The notes below the pieces were generated by a model. It saw nothing but the letters and a program-made list of their open reading frames with translations. It made no database searches and was not told the origin of the DNA. From Lysobacter yangpyeongensis (GTDB lineage Bacteria > Pseudomonadota > Gammaproteobacteria > Xanthomonadales > Xanthomonadaceae): 64,000 nucleotides of DNA. This document shows, piece by piece, positions 12,001 to 20,030 of the stretch. The stretch covers positions 29,504 to 93,503 of the forward strand of contig NZ_JBHSNM010000005.1 of NCBI RefSeq assembly GCF_042655745.1, given 5' to 3'. The position numbers were made by a program, and so were the translations under genes. Each line of letters starts with the position of its first letter. Position 1 is the first letter of the stretch.

Positions 12001-12251
12001 AGCGCGGCAGCTTCGCCCTCACGCCGTACGGCGCGCTCAGCGTCGTGCACGAGTTCGACGGCGAATACGCGCAGTCGATCAACGGCGGCCTGCTCGGCAC
12101 AAGCAGCCTCGACGGCACCAGCGCGATGGTCGAACTCGGCCTGGGCGCGCGCCGCGGCGGCTGGTCGCTGAGCGGCGGGGTGAACTGGACCGACGGCGGC
12201 GCCCTCGACAGCGTCGCCGGTGGGCAGGTGGTGGTGCGGTACGGCTGGTAA
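6084..12251 (+). CDS. Large autotransporter (type Va) with repetitive Ala/Gly-rich passenger and C-terminal beta-barrel
   Basis: RBS GGGGAAG before ATG 6084; long N-terminal signal region; hundreds of degenerate NxGxIxA/GYA repeats; C-terminus ...GGQVVVRYGW is autotransporter-like. Confidence 0.85.
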   Translation: MIGNVSHTAARSSGTRTSRANAAPAVTPIVRAIRSAMAVSATVLALSAPGAFAGTPCSHAAQAATLLCNADFARADTVGATPVDLTWVADGDVPASVLPAAPEQGGLAWSVDAAHVATAAGIAPAEAFDDPAWIDQANADFSAFDWMSSGADIGAGSTFLTTSNASDISVRGVNPAVGLYLGDDAVSLDNSAGISASADADGASAYATGVRAFASVDDASIVNGGTISADATATGFLAYATGVFNQAVSGDASLVNDGTIAADAEGATWTFAFGVYNIASVYYDSSHVDNHGSISATANSGGIDYQRAWAAGVRVSSGYAFESYYNPQPSGHDDVLLTNSGDIHASASVDRSGSNALAWGAIAQALNADGTAAIENDGTIDAYARASATDGGVYAVFADALGAYATSIDGASSITNHGDILATTRVTGFGYARSIGAKTGYLSSSDASDGYIHNASHIGAYANTDAGYASAIGASTGELNGVGHALVDNAAGATITASADAAGYGEAKAMGISARSNDGADVNNDGVITAYARTGGIADGNEDSAAARGIFANAMHGGEAHVSNQGDVYATAVAGGADAEAFALATGIHVISYDTANVENAGDVVATAQSLGDAYAYGAISTGYHFGYLTNTVDGSLVASAVSLDGTALAVGAYAAGGDVASLANYGDISAAANSVNGDAQAYAAFVYGTFNGIGVLVNGGQLDASAVAGDGGAADATGAYVIANVASVFNDASSNAFATAGAGGTANARGARAYGMYSSVSNYGELRAIANAGEGGTADATGASSFGYYGANAYNAGDILAAATATHGVASATGSYSLGVIFSAYTTNAGSIQAIANGDQAQAMGVLNGSTYIGNAVTVNDGDITASAVGGLAPYGEAEAIAFGVYNFAQYYDSVVDNRGSVFASATATTPIDPTEGFLQAKAIGAMALNGYGIGDTLVTNSGEIGATAIVSTGYAVAWGAVVQSPGVYAGIAQVDNDGSIWSYAHVDVGMAIASGAYTLNLFGASEIVNHGDIVATADSESGIRDVSLNFSVAYGARSRSYYGAASVANYGHIEANASVYGGIAYSYGVVASGLETSVHNAAGADITAVVEAERFGGAFANGVTAGGMYGVDVTNDGTVTAYAMARGYPGSYGASGATGILATGSFMGDATVVNNGVVNAISLAEDASSMLGGGAGAAGIDAYGNAVAVVNAGDVNAIAQAEFGVVGASGINAHGKYSNDITNAAGASIFAYASAGTLPGDPDPAFAVAWGTQTWGSDVATTYNAGSIVAQAVATPDGSHGGGAAAYGSSVGHYSGITTSALVNLGDIEAIAQADFGYATAYGAFVHGLDAATLANDGSIRGSAIAEAGNAFAVGSHAYAFNASVTYNCDAYGCDWSNPMVTIEGGDASIDNAGDILATASATGGIGYTYGASTFAAFAAGISNTGHITAVTQADDALATAVFATSFYRDAGVVNDGDILAVADGTTSAAATGVRITATEGNASVANAGTITAAAYGSDAVATAVSLESGGINLLDNTGTIAAIGDGERIAIAAGTGSADLRNAGTVIGAIRAGDGDDRFANGAGAMWHAVGESDFGAGDDHILNLGTLFLDDAAIRLGGYASGNTFDNLGTIFVAGADNVIDMDNPFAVTNDGVISFVDGAADDVLSIVGDFAGEGAINVDVSGLDQAGDRVYVDGSVIEPTLQTINVNLLDLPGAAQFEVPLLQTTGTVDGEFVLGNVNYAPGGFLTMDFRLNQSADTVSLGVDVAGLNATGALASNIAPGVHSLVNAQVGTWRQRMGVVPTAMGEAGLAPWLRAFSDSGDVDPQRSANFGGDGAFGFHQSNHGWELGLETRPSAHLAIGALLGTSEGSQHIDGAGSDRFDGSSFGLYATWFADNGFYLDVSHRWTGVDARLRSAETTYETQASAQSTNVEAGLRAWSLGGFNVVPQLQYTHTRIADIDALSNGQAEFVNDGGTSSRARLGVAFDRTFQRGSFALTPYGALSVVHEFDGEYAQSINGGLLGTSSLDGTSAMVELGLGARRGGWSLSGGVNWTDGGALDSVAGGQVVVRYGW

Positions 12252-12419
12252 GCGTCAACGCGCGGGTGTCGGTCCCGCGTGATCAGGTGTGTCCGCTGGC
12301 GTCGTCGCGCCGCATCGTTGGCCCCAATGGCACGGTGCACGACGCCAGCGGTTTTCAGGCAAGTCGCCGCGATCGGGGGCCCGGTCGCGGCAGGGAGCAG
12401 GCAAGTGGCAACAGACGAC

Positions 12420-13607
12420 ATGCGCGACAAGGGAGTCAGCGAAACCAGCGACAAGGAAGGCAACGAAGCGGTTCTGCAGACGGTGGGCGCGGAACCCGAA
12501 ACCAGCAACAGTGCAGCGAAGGACGCCGGCGCGACGCCGCCGAAGAACCTGCTGCAGATGAAGGTGGAGAAGAGCTGCTCGCGCGGACTGGCCGGCTGGC
12601 TCGCCGCCAACCGCATCTCGCTGGCGATCTCCTCGTACCAGACCGGCCGGCTGTACCTGGTCGGCAGCGACAAGCAGGGGCGCGTCTCGTTCTTCGAGCG
12701 CATCTTCGAGCGCGCGATGGGCATCGTCGGCAACGCGCAGCGCATTTACCTGGGCGGGCTGTACCAGTTGTGGCGCTTCGAGAACGTGCTGCGTCCCAAC
12801 GAGGTCATCCACGGCCAGTTCGATAAGTGCTACGTGCCGCGCAACGCGCAGACGATCGGCGACCTCGACATCCACGAGCTGGGCATCCGCAGCAACGGCA
12901 AGGTGGTGTTCGTCAACACCAGGTACTCGTGCCTGGCCGAGCTGAGCCAGACGCACAGCTTCAAGGCGATCTGGAAGCCGAAGTTCATCAGCAAGCTGGC
13001 GCCGGAAGACCGCTGCCACCTCAATGGCCTGGCGATGGTCGAGGGCCGGCCCAAGTACGTGACCGCGGTGTGCAGGAGCGACACAGTCGACGGCTGGCGC
13101 GACCGCCGCCGCGATGGCGGCGTGGTGATCGACGTGGAGACCGACGAGATCGTGTGCGAAGGCCTGTCGATGCCGCATTCGCCGCGCTGGGCCAACGGCA
13201 AGCTGTGGCTGCTCAACGCCGGCACCGGACACCTGGGCTGGGTCGACTTCGCGACGAAGCGCTTCGTGCCGCTGGCCTTCGTGCCGGGTTTCGCGCGCGG
13301 CCTGTCGATCATCGGCAACGTCGCCGCGGTGGGCCTGTCGAAGCCGCGCAACCAGCGCTTCGAGGGTCTGGAACTGGACGACGAACTGGGCCGGCGCGAC
13401 GCCGACCCGTGGTGCGGTGTGCAGATCGTTTCGCTGGCGACCGGCGACGTGATGCACTGGATCCGCTTCGAGGGCGACATCAGCGAGGTCTTCGACATCA
13501 GCTTCCTGCCCAACGTGCGCAACCCGATGCTGGTCGGCCTGCGCACGCCGGACATCCGCGAGCTGATCACTTTCGAGCAGGACTTCGCGGTGGAGGAGAG
13601 CGCATGA
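12420..13607 (+). CDS. Conserved hypothetical protein, TIGR03032-like family (start uncertain; ORF opens at 12279)
   Basis: Motifs SSYQTGRLYLVG, YVPRNAQTIGDLDIHE, NGLAMVEGRP resemble my memory of TIGR03032 proteins. Confidence 0.6.
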   Translation: MRDKGVSETSDKEGNEAVLQTVGAEPETSNSAAKDAGATPPKNLLQMKVEKSCSRGLAGWLAANRISLAISSYQTGRLYLVGSDKQGRVSFFERIFERAMGIVGNAQRIYLGGLYQLWRFENVLRPNEVIHGQFDKCYVPRNAQTIGDLDIHELGIRSNGKVVFVNTRYSCLAELSQTHSFKAIWKPKFISKLAPEDRCHLNGLAMVEGRPKYVTAVCRSDTVDGWRDRRRDGGVVIDVETDEIVCEGLSMPHSPRWANGKLWLLNAGTGHLGWVDFATKRFVPLAFVPGFARGLSIIGNVAAVGLSKPRNQRFEGLELDDELGRRDADPWCGVQIVSLATGDVMHWIRFEGDISEVFDISFLPNVRNPMLVGLRTPDIRELITFEQDFAVEESA

Positions 13608-14050
13608 GCACTGCCCGTTGCGGCACGGCGCTCGCGCTGTGCCTGCTCGCCGGCGTCGCCGCCGCAGGTACGCCGGCCGCACCGGGCGCCGCGCTGCTGT
13701 CGCCGACGGCGGTGTTCGCCGCGTGGGACACCGACAGGAACCAGTCGCTGTCGCCGGCGGAATTCAACGCCGGCTGGGCGCGGATCGAGCGCACCGCGGC
13801 GCTGCGTCAGTTGCGTGCGCAATTCGCCGCGCGTGACCGCAATCGCGACGGCGCCCTCGATGCCGGCGAATACGCGACGCTGGAACTGGTCCGCAAGGCC
13901 GGCACGAATGCGCCGCCGATCGCGCGCTTCGACAGCGACCGCAGCGGCGGCCTGCGCTTCGAGGAATACGTCGCGCTGGTGACGGCACTGGCGCCGAAGC
14001 CGGCCGCGGCGCCGGCGACGAAGGCCAACGCCAACGCGAAGCCCCGTTGA
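13604..14050 (+). CDS. Secreted EF-hand calcium-binding protein
   Basis: ATGA overlap with upstream stop; signal peptide; three Dx[DN]x[DS]G loops (DTDRNQSL, DRNRDGAL, DSDRSGGL). Confidence 0.65.
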   Translation: MSTARCGTALALCLLAGVAAAGTPAAPGAALLSPTAVFAAWDTDRNQSLSPAEFNAGWARIERTAALRQLRAQFAARDRNRDGALDAGEYATLELVRKAGTNAPPIARFDSDRSGGLRFEEYVALVTALAPKPAAAPATKANANAKPR

Positions 14051-14087
14051 CGGCTGCCGCCGTCGCACCATCAGGAAAGAGAGAGTC

Positions 14088-14618
14088 GTGTCAGTCGAGT
14101 TCGTATCCGTCTGGAAGCAGGTCACCCCGGAGCTGCAGGCCGAACTGGTCGCGTTCTGGTCCGCGCACAAGGCCATCGCCGATGCCGGCGTCGCCACCGC
14201 GCGTGCGCGCCAGGCCGTGTGCATCGCCCGCGATGGCGAGGGCCGTATCGTCGGCGTGGGCACCGCGTTCGTGCGCGTGCTGCAGCGCCTGCGCCAGCCC
14301 ATGTACTACTACCGGCAGTTCTTCGCCCCGGAATACCGCGGGCAGGGGCAGGCCATGCCGTTCTTCAACCGCGCGCGGCAGATCCTGCAGGCGCACAACG
14401 CCGCGCTGCCGGTGGCCGAAAGCCTGGGCGTGCTGCTGGAAGTGGAAAGCGCGCTGCTCGCCACGCGCTACGACCTGGCCCATGTCGCCGCGGCCGATTC
14501 CACCTTCATCGGCTACTCGCCGCGCGGGCTGCAGCTGCGGGTCTCCTATTTCGAGGGCGCGCGCCTGCTCTCCCCGCTGGCGGCGTCGCCGCGCGATCCG
14601 ATGGGCTCGCTGCCCTAG
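14088..14618 (+). CDS. Hypothetical protein, possibly GNAT-like acyltransferase
   Basis: EYRGQGQAMPFF resembles GNAT motif A (R/Q-x-x-G-x-G/A); otherwise unrecognised. Confidence 0.45.
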   Translation: MSVEFVSVWKQVTPELQAELVAFWSAHKAIADAGVATARARQAVCIARDGEGRIVGVGTAFVRVLQRLRQPMYYYRQFFAPEYRGQGQAMPFFNRARQILQAHNAALPVAESLGVLLEVESALLATRYDLAHVAAADSTFIGYSPRGLQLRVSYFEGARLLSPLAASPRDPMGSLP

Positions 14619-14674
14619 TCGGTTACCCTAGCGCGGACGCTCCGACGGCCCGCCGGTCCATCGCGATAGCTGCC

Positions 14675-17290
14675 ATGTCCGAGTCCGAGTTCGTCCTGAA
14701 GACGACGCCACCGCGCATGCCGCGCCTGGCGATGGAGCGGCCGCGCCTGCTGCGGTACGCCGAACGCCTGCGCGATTGCGCCGCCGCCGCGGTCGTGGCG
14801 CCGGCGGGCTTCGGCAAGACCACGCTGCTGCTGCAGTGGCGGCAGCGCTGGCTGGAAGCGGGCGCGCGCGTGGCCTGGCTCGGCGTCGATGCGCAGGACG
14901 ATCCGGCGCGCTTCACCGTCGGTCTGCTGCAAGCCGCGCGCAACGCCTGCGCGATCCGCGACACCCCTCCGTCCGGCAGCCCCGGCCTGGAGACGCTGAC
15001 GCGCATGCTGTCGGAGGTGGCGCGCAACGGCGCGTGGACCGTGATCGTGATCGACGACGCCGAACGGCTGCCCGAAGCCACCGTGCGCCAATCGCTGCAG
15101 TACCTGCTGCTCAACGCGCCGGCCAACCTGCACATCGCGATCGGCTCGCGCGTGCCGCTGCCGCTGCGCACGACCGAACTGGTGGCCAAGGACAGCTTCC
15201 TGCAACTGTCCACGCACGACCTGCGCCTGCAGCTGGAAGAGTCCATGGTGCTGCTCGAACGGCGCCTGGGCGCGCGCCTGAGCGTGGACGAGCGCGCGTG
15301 CGTGCACGACGCGACCGAGGGCTGGCCGATCGGCCTGCAGCTGGCGATCGCGGCGATCGAGCACGAGGACGATGCGGCCGCCGCGGTGCGCACGCTGTCG
15401 GCGCGACGCGGCAGCCTGCAGGACTACTTCGTCGATTCGCTGCTGGCCGCGCTGCCGCCGCATGCCGCCGACGTGCTCACGCGCATCGCCATCCTCGATC
15501 ACTTCAACCAGGAACTGTGCGACGCGGTGTCGGGCCTGTCCTGCGCGGACCTGCTGCAACAGCTGGTACGCGAGACGCCGATCATGATGGTCGGCGAGCG
15601 CGACGGCTGGCTGCGGCTGCATCCGCTGGCGCGCGACTTCCTGCGCGGACGCTTCGAGCAGCTGCCCGCGCCAGAGCGCGCCGCGCTGCACGCACGCGCC
15701 TCGCACTGGTACATGCAGAACGGGCGCCTGCACGACGCCGCCGACCACGCCCTCGCCGCCGGCGACGAAGCGCTGGCGCAGGAATACGCGGCCCGTGCGC
15801 TGTGGATGCTCGGCGCGTTGGGCAAGGTCGACGAGGCACGCGAATGGCTGCAGCGCCTGCCGATGGCGCTGCTGGAAAGCGATGCCGAACTGCGCCTGGG
15901 CGCCGCCGCGGTGCTGGCGTTCGGCAACCGCAATGCGGAAGCGCTGCGCATGGCCAGCGACGTGCTCGGCAATCCGCGCACCTCGCCGGCGCTGGCGGTG
16001 GTGGCGCGCCGCGTGGCGTCGACCGCCGCCGCCTATGCGGACCACCTGGGCGTGCTGGAAAAGCTGCTGGCGAGCTGGCCGCCCGTGCCGGCCGACGTCG
16101 ATCCGCTGTACACCGCCAACCGCCTCAACGTCGGCGCGTTCGTCGCCCTGCACCGCGGCGACACCGGCGCGGCGCGCGCGCAGATCGCGCAGGCCGCGAC
16201 GCTGGGGCGCGAAGGCTCGCTGCGCCTGGCCGCGGCGCTGGGCCAGATGCTGGTGGGCCTGAGCCACCTGTGGGACGGCAACCCGCGCCTGGCCGAAGAG
16301 GTGATGCGTCCCGCGTTGCTGCTCGCCGAACGCGAGGAAGGCCGCCGCAGCATGATCGCCAGCCTGCACGCGCCGGTGCTCGCGGCGGCGCTGCTGCAAC
16401 TCGACCAGCAAACCGCGGCGCAGGCCCTGCTCGCCAACCGTCTCGACGTGATCGAGCGCTGCGGCTTCGCCGACAACATCCTGCTGGCGTACCGCACGCT
16501 GGTGTACGCCGCGCTGGCGCAGGACGACGAGCGTCGTGCGCTGAGCGTGCTCGACAGTTTCGATGCGGTCGCCCATCGTCGCGCACTGCCGCGCCTGCGC
16601 CTGCAGGGACTGGCCGAACGCGTGCGCCTGTTCGCGCTGCGGCAGTGCCTGCAGAGCGCGGACGAGGCGATGGTCGAGCTCGATGCGCTCGCGGCCGTGT
16701 TCGCGCAGGAAGAACTGCGCCCATACGTGCCGCACTACCAGCTGGTCGCGTCGGTCGCGCGCAGTTACGTCGCGCTGGAACGCAACGACATCGATGCCGC
16801 CGACAGCGCGCTCGACCGCGCCGCGACGCTCGCCGCGCTGCTGCGCCGCGGGCGCGATGCGCGCGCGGTCAAGGTCCTGCGCGCGGTCGTGGCGCGACGG
16901 CGCGGCAGCGACCAGGCCTTGCCGCTGTTGCGCGAGGCGATGAGCCTGGCCTCGTTGTCCGGCAATGCGCGCCTGCTCGCCAACGTCCATCCGCAGGCGC
17001 TGGAAATGGCGGCGGAAGTGGAGAACGGCGCGCTGCTGCCGAAGGCGGGCAGGCGCCGCCGCGCGTCGATCGATGCGTCCGCGCCTGGCGCCTCGGGCCT
17101 GCTGACGACGAAGGAAGCCGAGATCCTGCGCCTGCTCCAGCGCGGCATGTCGAACAAGCGCATCGCGCTGACGCTGGACATCGGCGGCGAAACGGTGAAG
17201 TGGCACCTCAAGAACCTGTTCGCCAAGCTCTCGGCCGGATCGCGCGAACACGCGGTGGATCGCGCGCGGTTGCTGGGGCTCGTGAAGTAG
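14675..17290 (+). CDS. MalT-like STAND ATPase / LuxR-family transcriptional regulator
   Basis: P-loop APAGFGKTTLLLQW at the N-terminus; long helical repeat middle; C-terminal LuxR HTH LTTKEAEILRLLQRGMSNKRIALTLDIGGETVKWHLKNLFAKL. Confidence 0.85.
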   Translation: MSESEFVLKTTPPRMPRLAMERPRLLRYAERLRDCAAAAVVAPAGFGKTTLLLQWRQRWLEAGARVAWLGVDAQDDPARFTVGLLQAARNACAIRDTPPSGSPGLETLTRMLSEVARNGAWTVIVIDDAERLPEATVRQSLQYLLLNAPANLHIAIGSRVPLPLRTTELVAKDSFLQLSTHDLRLQLEESMVLLERRLGARLSVDERACVHDATEGWPIGLQLAIAAIEHEDDAAAAVRTLSARRGSLQDYFVDSLLAALPPHAADVLTRIAILDHFNQELCDAVSGLSCADLLQQLVRETPIMMVGERDGWLRLHPLARDFLRGRFEQLPAPERAALHARASHWYMQNGRLHDAADHALAAGDEALAQEYAARALWMLGALGKVDEAREWLQRLPMALLESDAELRLGAAAVLAFGNRNAEALRMASDVLGNPRTSPALAVVARRVASTAAAYADHLGVLEKLLASWPPVPADVDPLYTANRLNVGAFVALHRGDTGAARAQIAQAATLGREGSLRLAAALGQMLVGLSHLWDGNPRLAEEVMRPALLLAEREEGRRSMIASLHAPVLAAALLQLDQQTAAQALLANRLDVIERCGFADNILLAYRTLVYAALAQDDERRALSVLDSFDAVAHRRALPRLRLQGLAERVRLFALRQCLQSADEAMVELDALAAVFAQEELRPYVPHYQLVASVARSYVALERNDIDAADSALDRAATLAALLRRGRDARAVKVLRAVVARRRGSDQALPLLREAMSLASLSGNARLLANVHPQALEMAAEVENGALLPKAGRRRRASIDASAPGASGLLTTKEAEILRLLQRGMSNKRIALTLDIGGETVKWHLKNLFAKLSAGSREHAVDRARLLGLVK

Positions 17291-17453
17291 CTCGGGGAGC
17301 GTGGCCCGGATAAGCGCAGCGCATCGCGCCGCCAGGAATGTAATCCGTGATGATCCCCACCGCGCCGCAGCGCGGGAGAAAAATCGGCCTCCCTTGGAGT
17401 GTTCCTGCTCGCGGGAGCGTATTCCCCGGGTGCGGCCTGCGGCCTTGCCCGGG

Positions 17454-17861
17454 CTACGGCTCCTGCAACGCCACCTGCTTGTGCGTGTCGGCCTCGCGCG
17501 GGGCGTCGACGGTCGCCTCGTCGCGCGAAACGGTGGTCGTCGGCGCGTGTCGCGGAGCGGCATCGAGGCCGGACGCGCGCTGCTCGCGTGCCGACTGCTC
17601 GGCCGATGCGATCAGCGCATCCATCACCAGACCCATCAGGCTGCGCTTGCCGCGAGCGCGCGATGGCTCCGCCGGGGCGGCTGCAACGACCGCATCGCGC
17701 GCCGAGGTGTCGGCGCGTGGCGCGGCCGTGATCGGCTCGTGCGTCTGCGCCGCGAGCGGCAAGCACGCGCCCGCCAGCGCCAGCCACAGCAGCCACGTCA
17801 CCGACGCGAACCGGATCGGGTACGGCGGAAGCCTGGACGGAAGGAAGCTGGAACGACGCAT
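17454..17861 (-). CDS. Hypothetical small secreted Ala/Arg-rich protein
   Basis: Signal-peptide-like MRRSSFLPSRLPPYPIRFASVTWLLWLALAGAC; low complexity; could be non-coding. Confidence 0.35.
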   Translation of the reverse strand: MRRSSFLPSRLPPYPIRFASVTWLLWLALAGACLPLAAQTHEPITAAPRADTSARDAVVAAAPAEPSRARGKRSLMGLVMDALIASAEQSAREQRASGLDAAPRHAPTTTVSRDEATVDAPREADTHKQVALQEP

Positions 17862-18130
17862 GAGTCTGTTCCATCGACGCCACACGGGCGGATGCGGGCA
17901 GCGTGGTCCCTGCCGGCGTGCATGCGCGTGAATCGGCGTCGCGGCGGCGTGAACGCCGGCCGCAGCGCCCCGTTTCGTTGCGACCGGATCAGCAAGGTGG
18001 GCGGAGCGTGACGGAACACGGGAAAAACCATGCCGAATCGGGCGTGAGGCCGTGCCACAAGTCATCGGCTCGCGCACCGTGCACCGCTGCTACCATCGAA
18101 CGCCTTGTCCCGCCGCTTTCAAGGTGCCGC

Positions 18131-19816
18131 ATGAACCGTCCTTCCCGGAATGCACTCGCCGCATCCGTGTTGTCCCTGGCCGTGGCGTTCGCGCTGCAGC
18201 CCGCGCTGGCCGCGAATCCCCAGGCCCCGAGCTTCGATCCGCACCGCCTCGCCGAAGAAGTGAAGACCTTGTCCTCGGATGCCTTCGAGGGCCGCGGTCC
18301 GGCCACGCCGGGCGAGACGAAGACGGTCGAGTACGTCTCCGCGCAGATGCAGGCCGCCGGCCTGCAGCCCGGTGGCGACATCAAGGACGGCAAGCGCACC
18401 TGGACGCAGGCGGTGCCGCTGCTGCGCGCCGAAATCACCGGCACCCCGACGCTGACGATGAACGAAGGCGGCCAGGCGCAGGCGCTGACGCAGGGCGAAC
18501 AGATCGCCGTGCGCGCCGCGCTCAACGGCGATACGCACGTCAGCATCAAGGACGCGCCGCTGGTGTTCGTCGGCTACGGCGTGAAAGCGCCCGAGCGCAA
18601 CTGGGACGACTTCAAGGGCATGGACGTCAAGGGCAAAGTCATCGTTGCCCTGATCAACGATCCCGATTTCGAGACCGGCAAGGGCGACTTCGGCGGCAAG
18701 GCCATGACCTACTACGGCCGCTGGACCTACAAATACGAGGAAGCCGCGCGCCAGGGCGCCGCCGGCCTGCTGATCGTGCACGAGACCGATCCGGCCTCGT
18801 ACGGCTGGGCGACGGTGAAGAATTCCAATACCAACACCATGTTCGACGTCGTGCGCGACGATCCCAAGGCGGTGCACGCGCCGCTGGAAGCCTGGATCCA
18901 GCGCGACTTCGCGGTGAACCTGTTCAAGAGCGCCGGGCTCGACTTCGAGGCACTGAAGAAGCAGGCGCAGATGCGCGACTTCCAGCCGGTCGAGATCAAG
19001 GGCGCGACGTTCAGCGCCGACTACGACGTCGATTCGAAGGTCATCACCTCGCAGAACATCGTCGGTTTCATCGAAGGCAGCAGGAAGTCCGACGAATACG
19101 TGATCTACAGCGCGCACTGGGATCACCTCGGCGTCGGCGAGCCCGATGCCAGGGGCGACACGATCTACAACGGCGCGGTCGACAATGCGACCGGCACCGC
19201 CGCGTTGATCGAGCTGGGCCGCGCCTTCGCGCACGCGAAGCAGAAGCCGGAACGCTCGCTGGTGTTCCTCAACGTCACCGCGGAAGAAAAGGGCCTGCTC
19301 GGTTCGGAGTACTACTCGTCCAAGCCGCTGTATCCGCTGGGCAAGACCGTCGGCGTGATCAACATGGACGCGCTCGATCCGCACGGACCGGCGCGCGACT
19401 TCAACATCTCCGGCAGCGCGAAGCTCGAACTGCTCGACCAGCTGGTGGCCACCGCGAAGCAGTGGAACGTGCGCTACTCGCCGGATCCGAAGCCGGAAGC
19501 GGGCCACTTCTTCCGTTCCGACCACTTCCCCTTCGCCAAGCGCGGCGTGCCGGCGATTTCGTTCGGTTCGGGCGACGACCGCGTCGACGGCGGCACGGCC
19601 GCGAGCAAGCAGTGGAGCGAGATGTACACGCGCGACCGCTACCACCAGCCGGCCGACGAATTCGACGCGGCCTGGCCGTTCACCGGCATGGCGCGCGACC
19701 TGCAGATCCTGTACACGCTGGGCAGCGACCTGGCGAACTCGAACGCCTGGCCGAACTGGGGCCAGGACTCCGAGTTCCGCGCCGCGCGCGATGCCAGCGC
19801 GGACGCACGCAAGTAA
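18131..19816 (+). CDS. Secreted M28-family aminopeptidase with PA domain
   Basis: Signal peptide MNRPSRNALAASVLSLAVAFA; HWDHLG and NGAVDNATGTAALIELG motifs. Confidence 0.85.
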   Translation: MNRPSRNALAASVLSLAVAFALQPALAANPQAPSFDPHRLAEEVKTLSSDAFEGRGPATPGETKTVEYVSAQMQAAGLQPGGDIKDGKRTWTQAVPLLRAEITGTPTLTMNEGGQAQALTQGEQIAVRAALNGDTHVSIKDAPLVFVGYGVKAPERNWDDFKGMDVKGKVIVALINDPDFETGKGDFGGKAMTYYGRWTYKYEEAARQGAAGLLIVHETDPASYGWATVKNSNTNTMFDVVRDDPKAVHAPLEAWIQRDFAVNLFKSAGLDFEALKKQAQMRDFQPVEIKGATFSADYDVDSKVITSQNIVGFIEGSRKSDEYVIYSAHWDHLGVGEPDARGDTIYNGAVDNATGTAALIELGRAFAHAKQKPERSLVFLNVTAEEKGLLGSEYYSSKPLYPLGKTVGVINMDALDPHGPARDFNISGSAKLELLDQLVATAKQWNVRYSPDPKPEAGHFFRSDHFPFAKRGVPAISFGSGDDRVDGGTAASKQWSEMYTRDRYHQPADEFDAAWPFTGMARDLQILYTLGSDLANSNAWPNWGQDSEFRAARDASADARK

Positions 19817-19841
19817 CGGCGACCTGCACGCACGCACGAAA

Positions 19842-19869
19842 GCCCCGCCACTGGCGGGGCTTTTCGTTT
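19842..19869 (+). terminator. Rho-independent terminator after the M28 peptidase gene
   Basis: AGCCCCGCCACTGGCGGGGCTTTTCGTTT: GC hairpin followed by T-run. Confidence 0.6.
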
Positions 19870-20030
19870 GCGGCGTCGCCACCCGATCAGGGGACGTTGC
19901 CTCGCCAGGGCATTGATTGCAGGGAAGTTGCGCCGTGCGCGCGCCGCGCCGCGCATCCGGGCCTGGCCGTTGCCGCGGCAGCGCCGCGTTGGTCGGGGTG
20001 CTCGCCCATACAGGCACCTGGAGCGCACCG

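Noticed and set aside
5916-12050. 2044-aa ORF on the minus strand
   Set aside because: Antisense shadow of the autotransporter gene; Arg/Ala/Gly/Val-rich nonsense typical of high-GC antisense frames; the plus-strand frame has a signal peptide and beta-barrel.
12830-14302. 490-aa minus-strand ORF
   Set aside because: Antisense to the TIGR03032-like and EF-hand genes.
14615-17563. 982-aa minus-strand ORF
   Set aside because: Antisense to the MalT-like regulator (P-loop and LuxR HTH are on plus).
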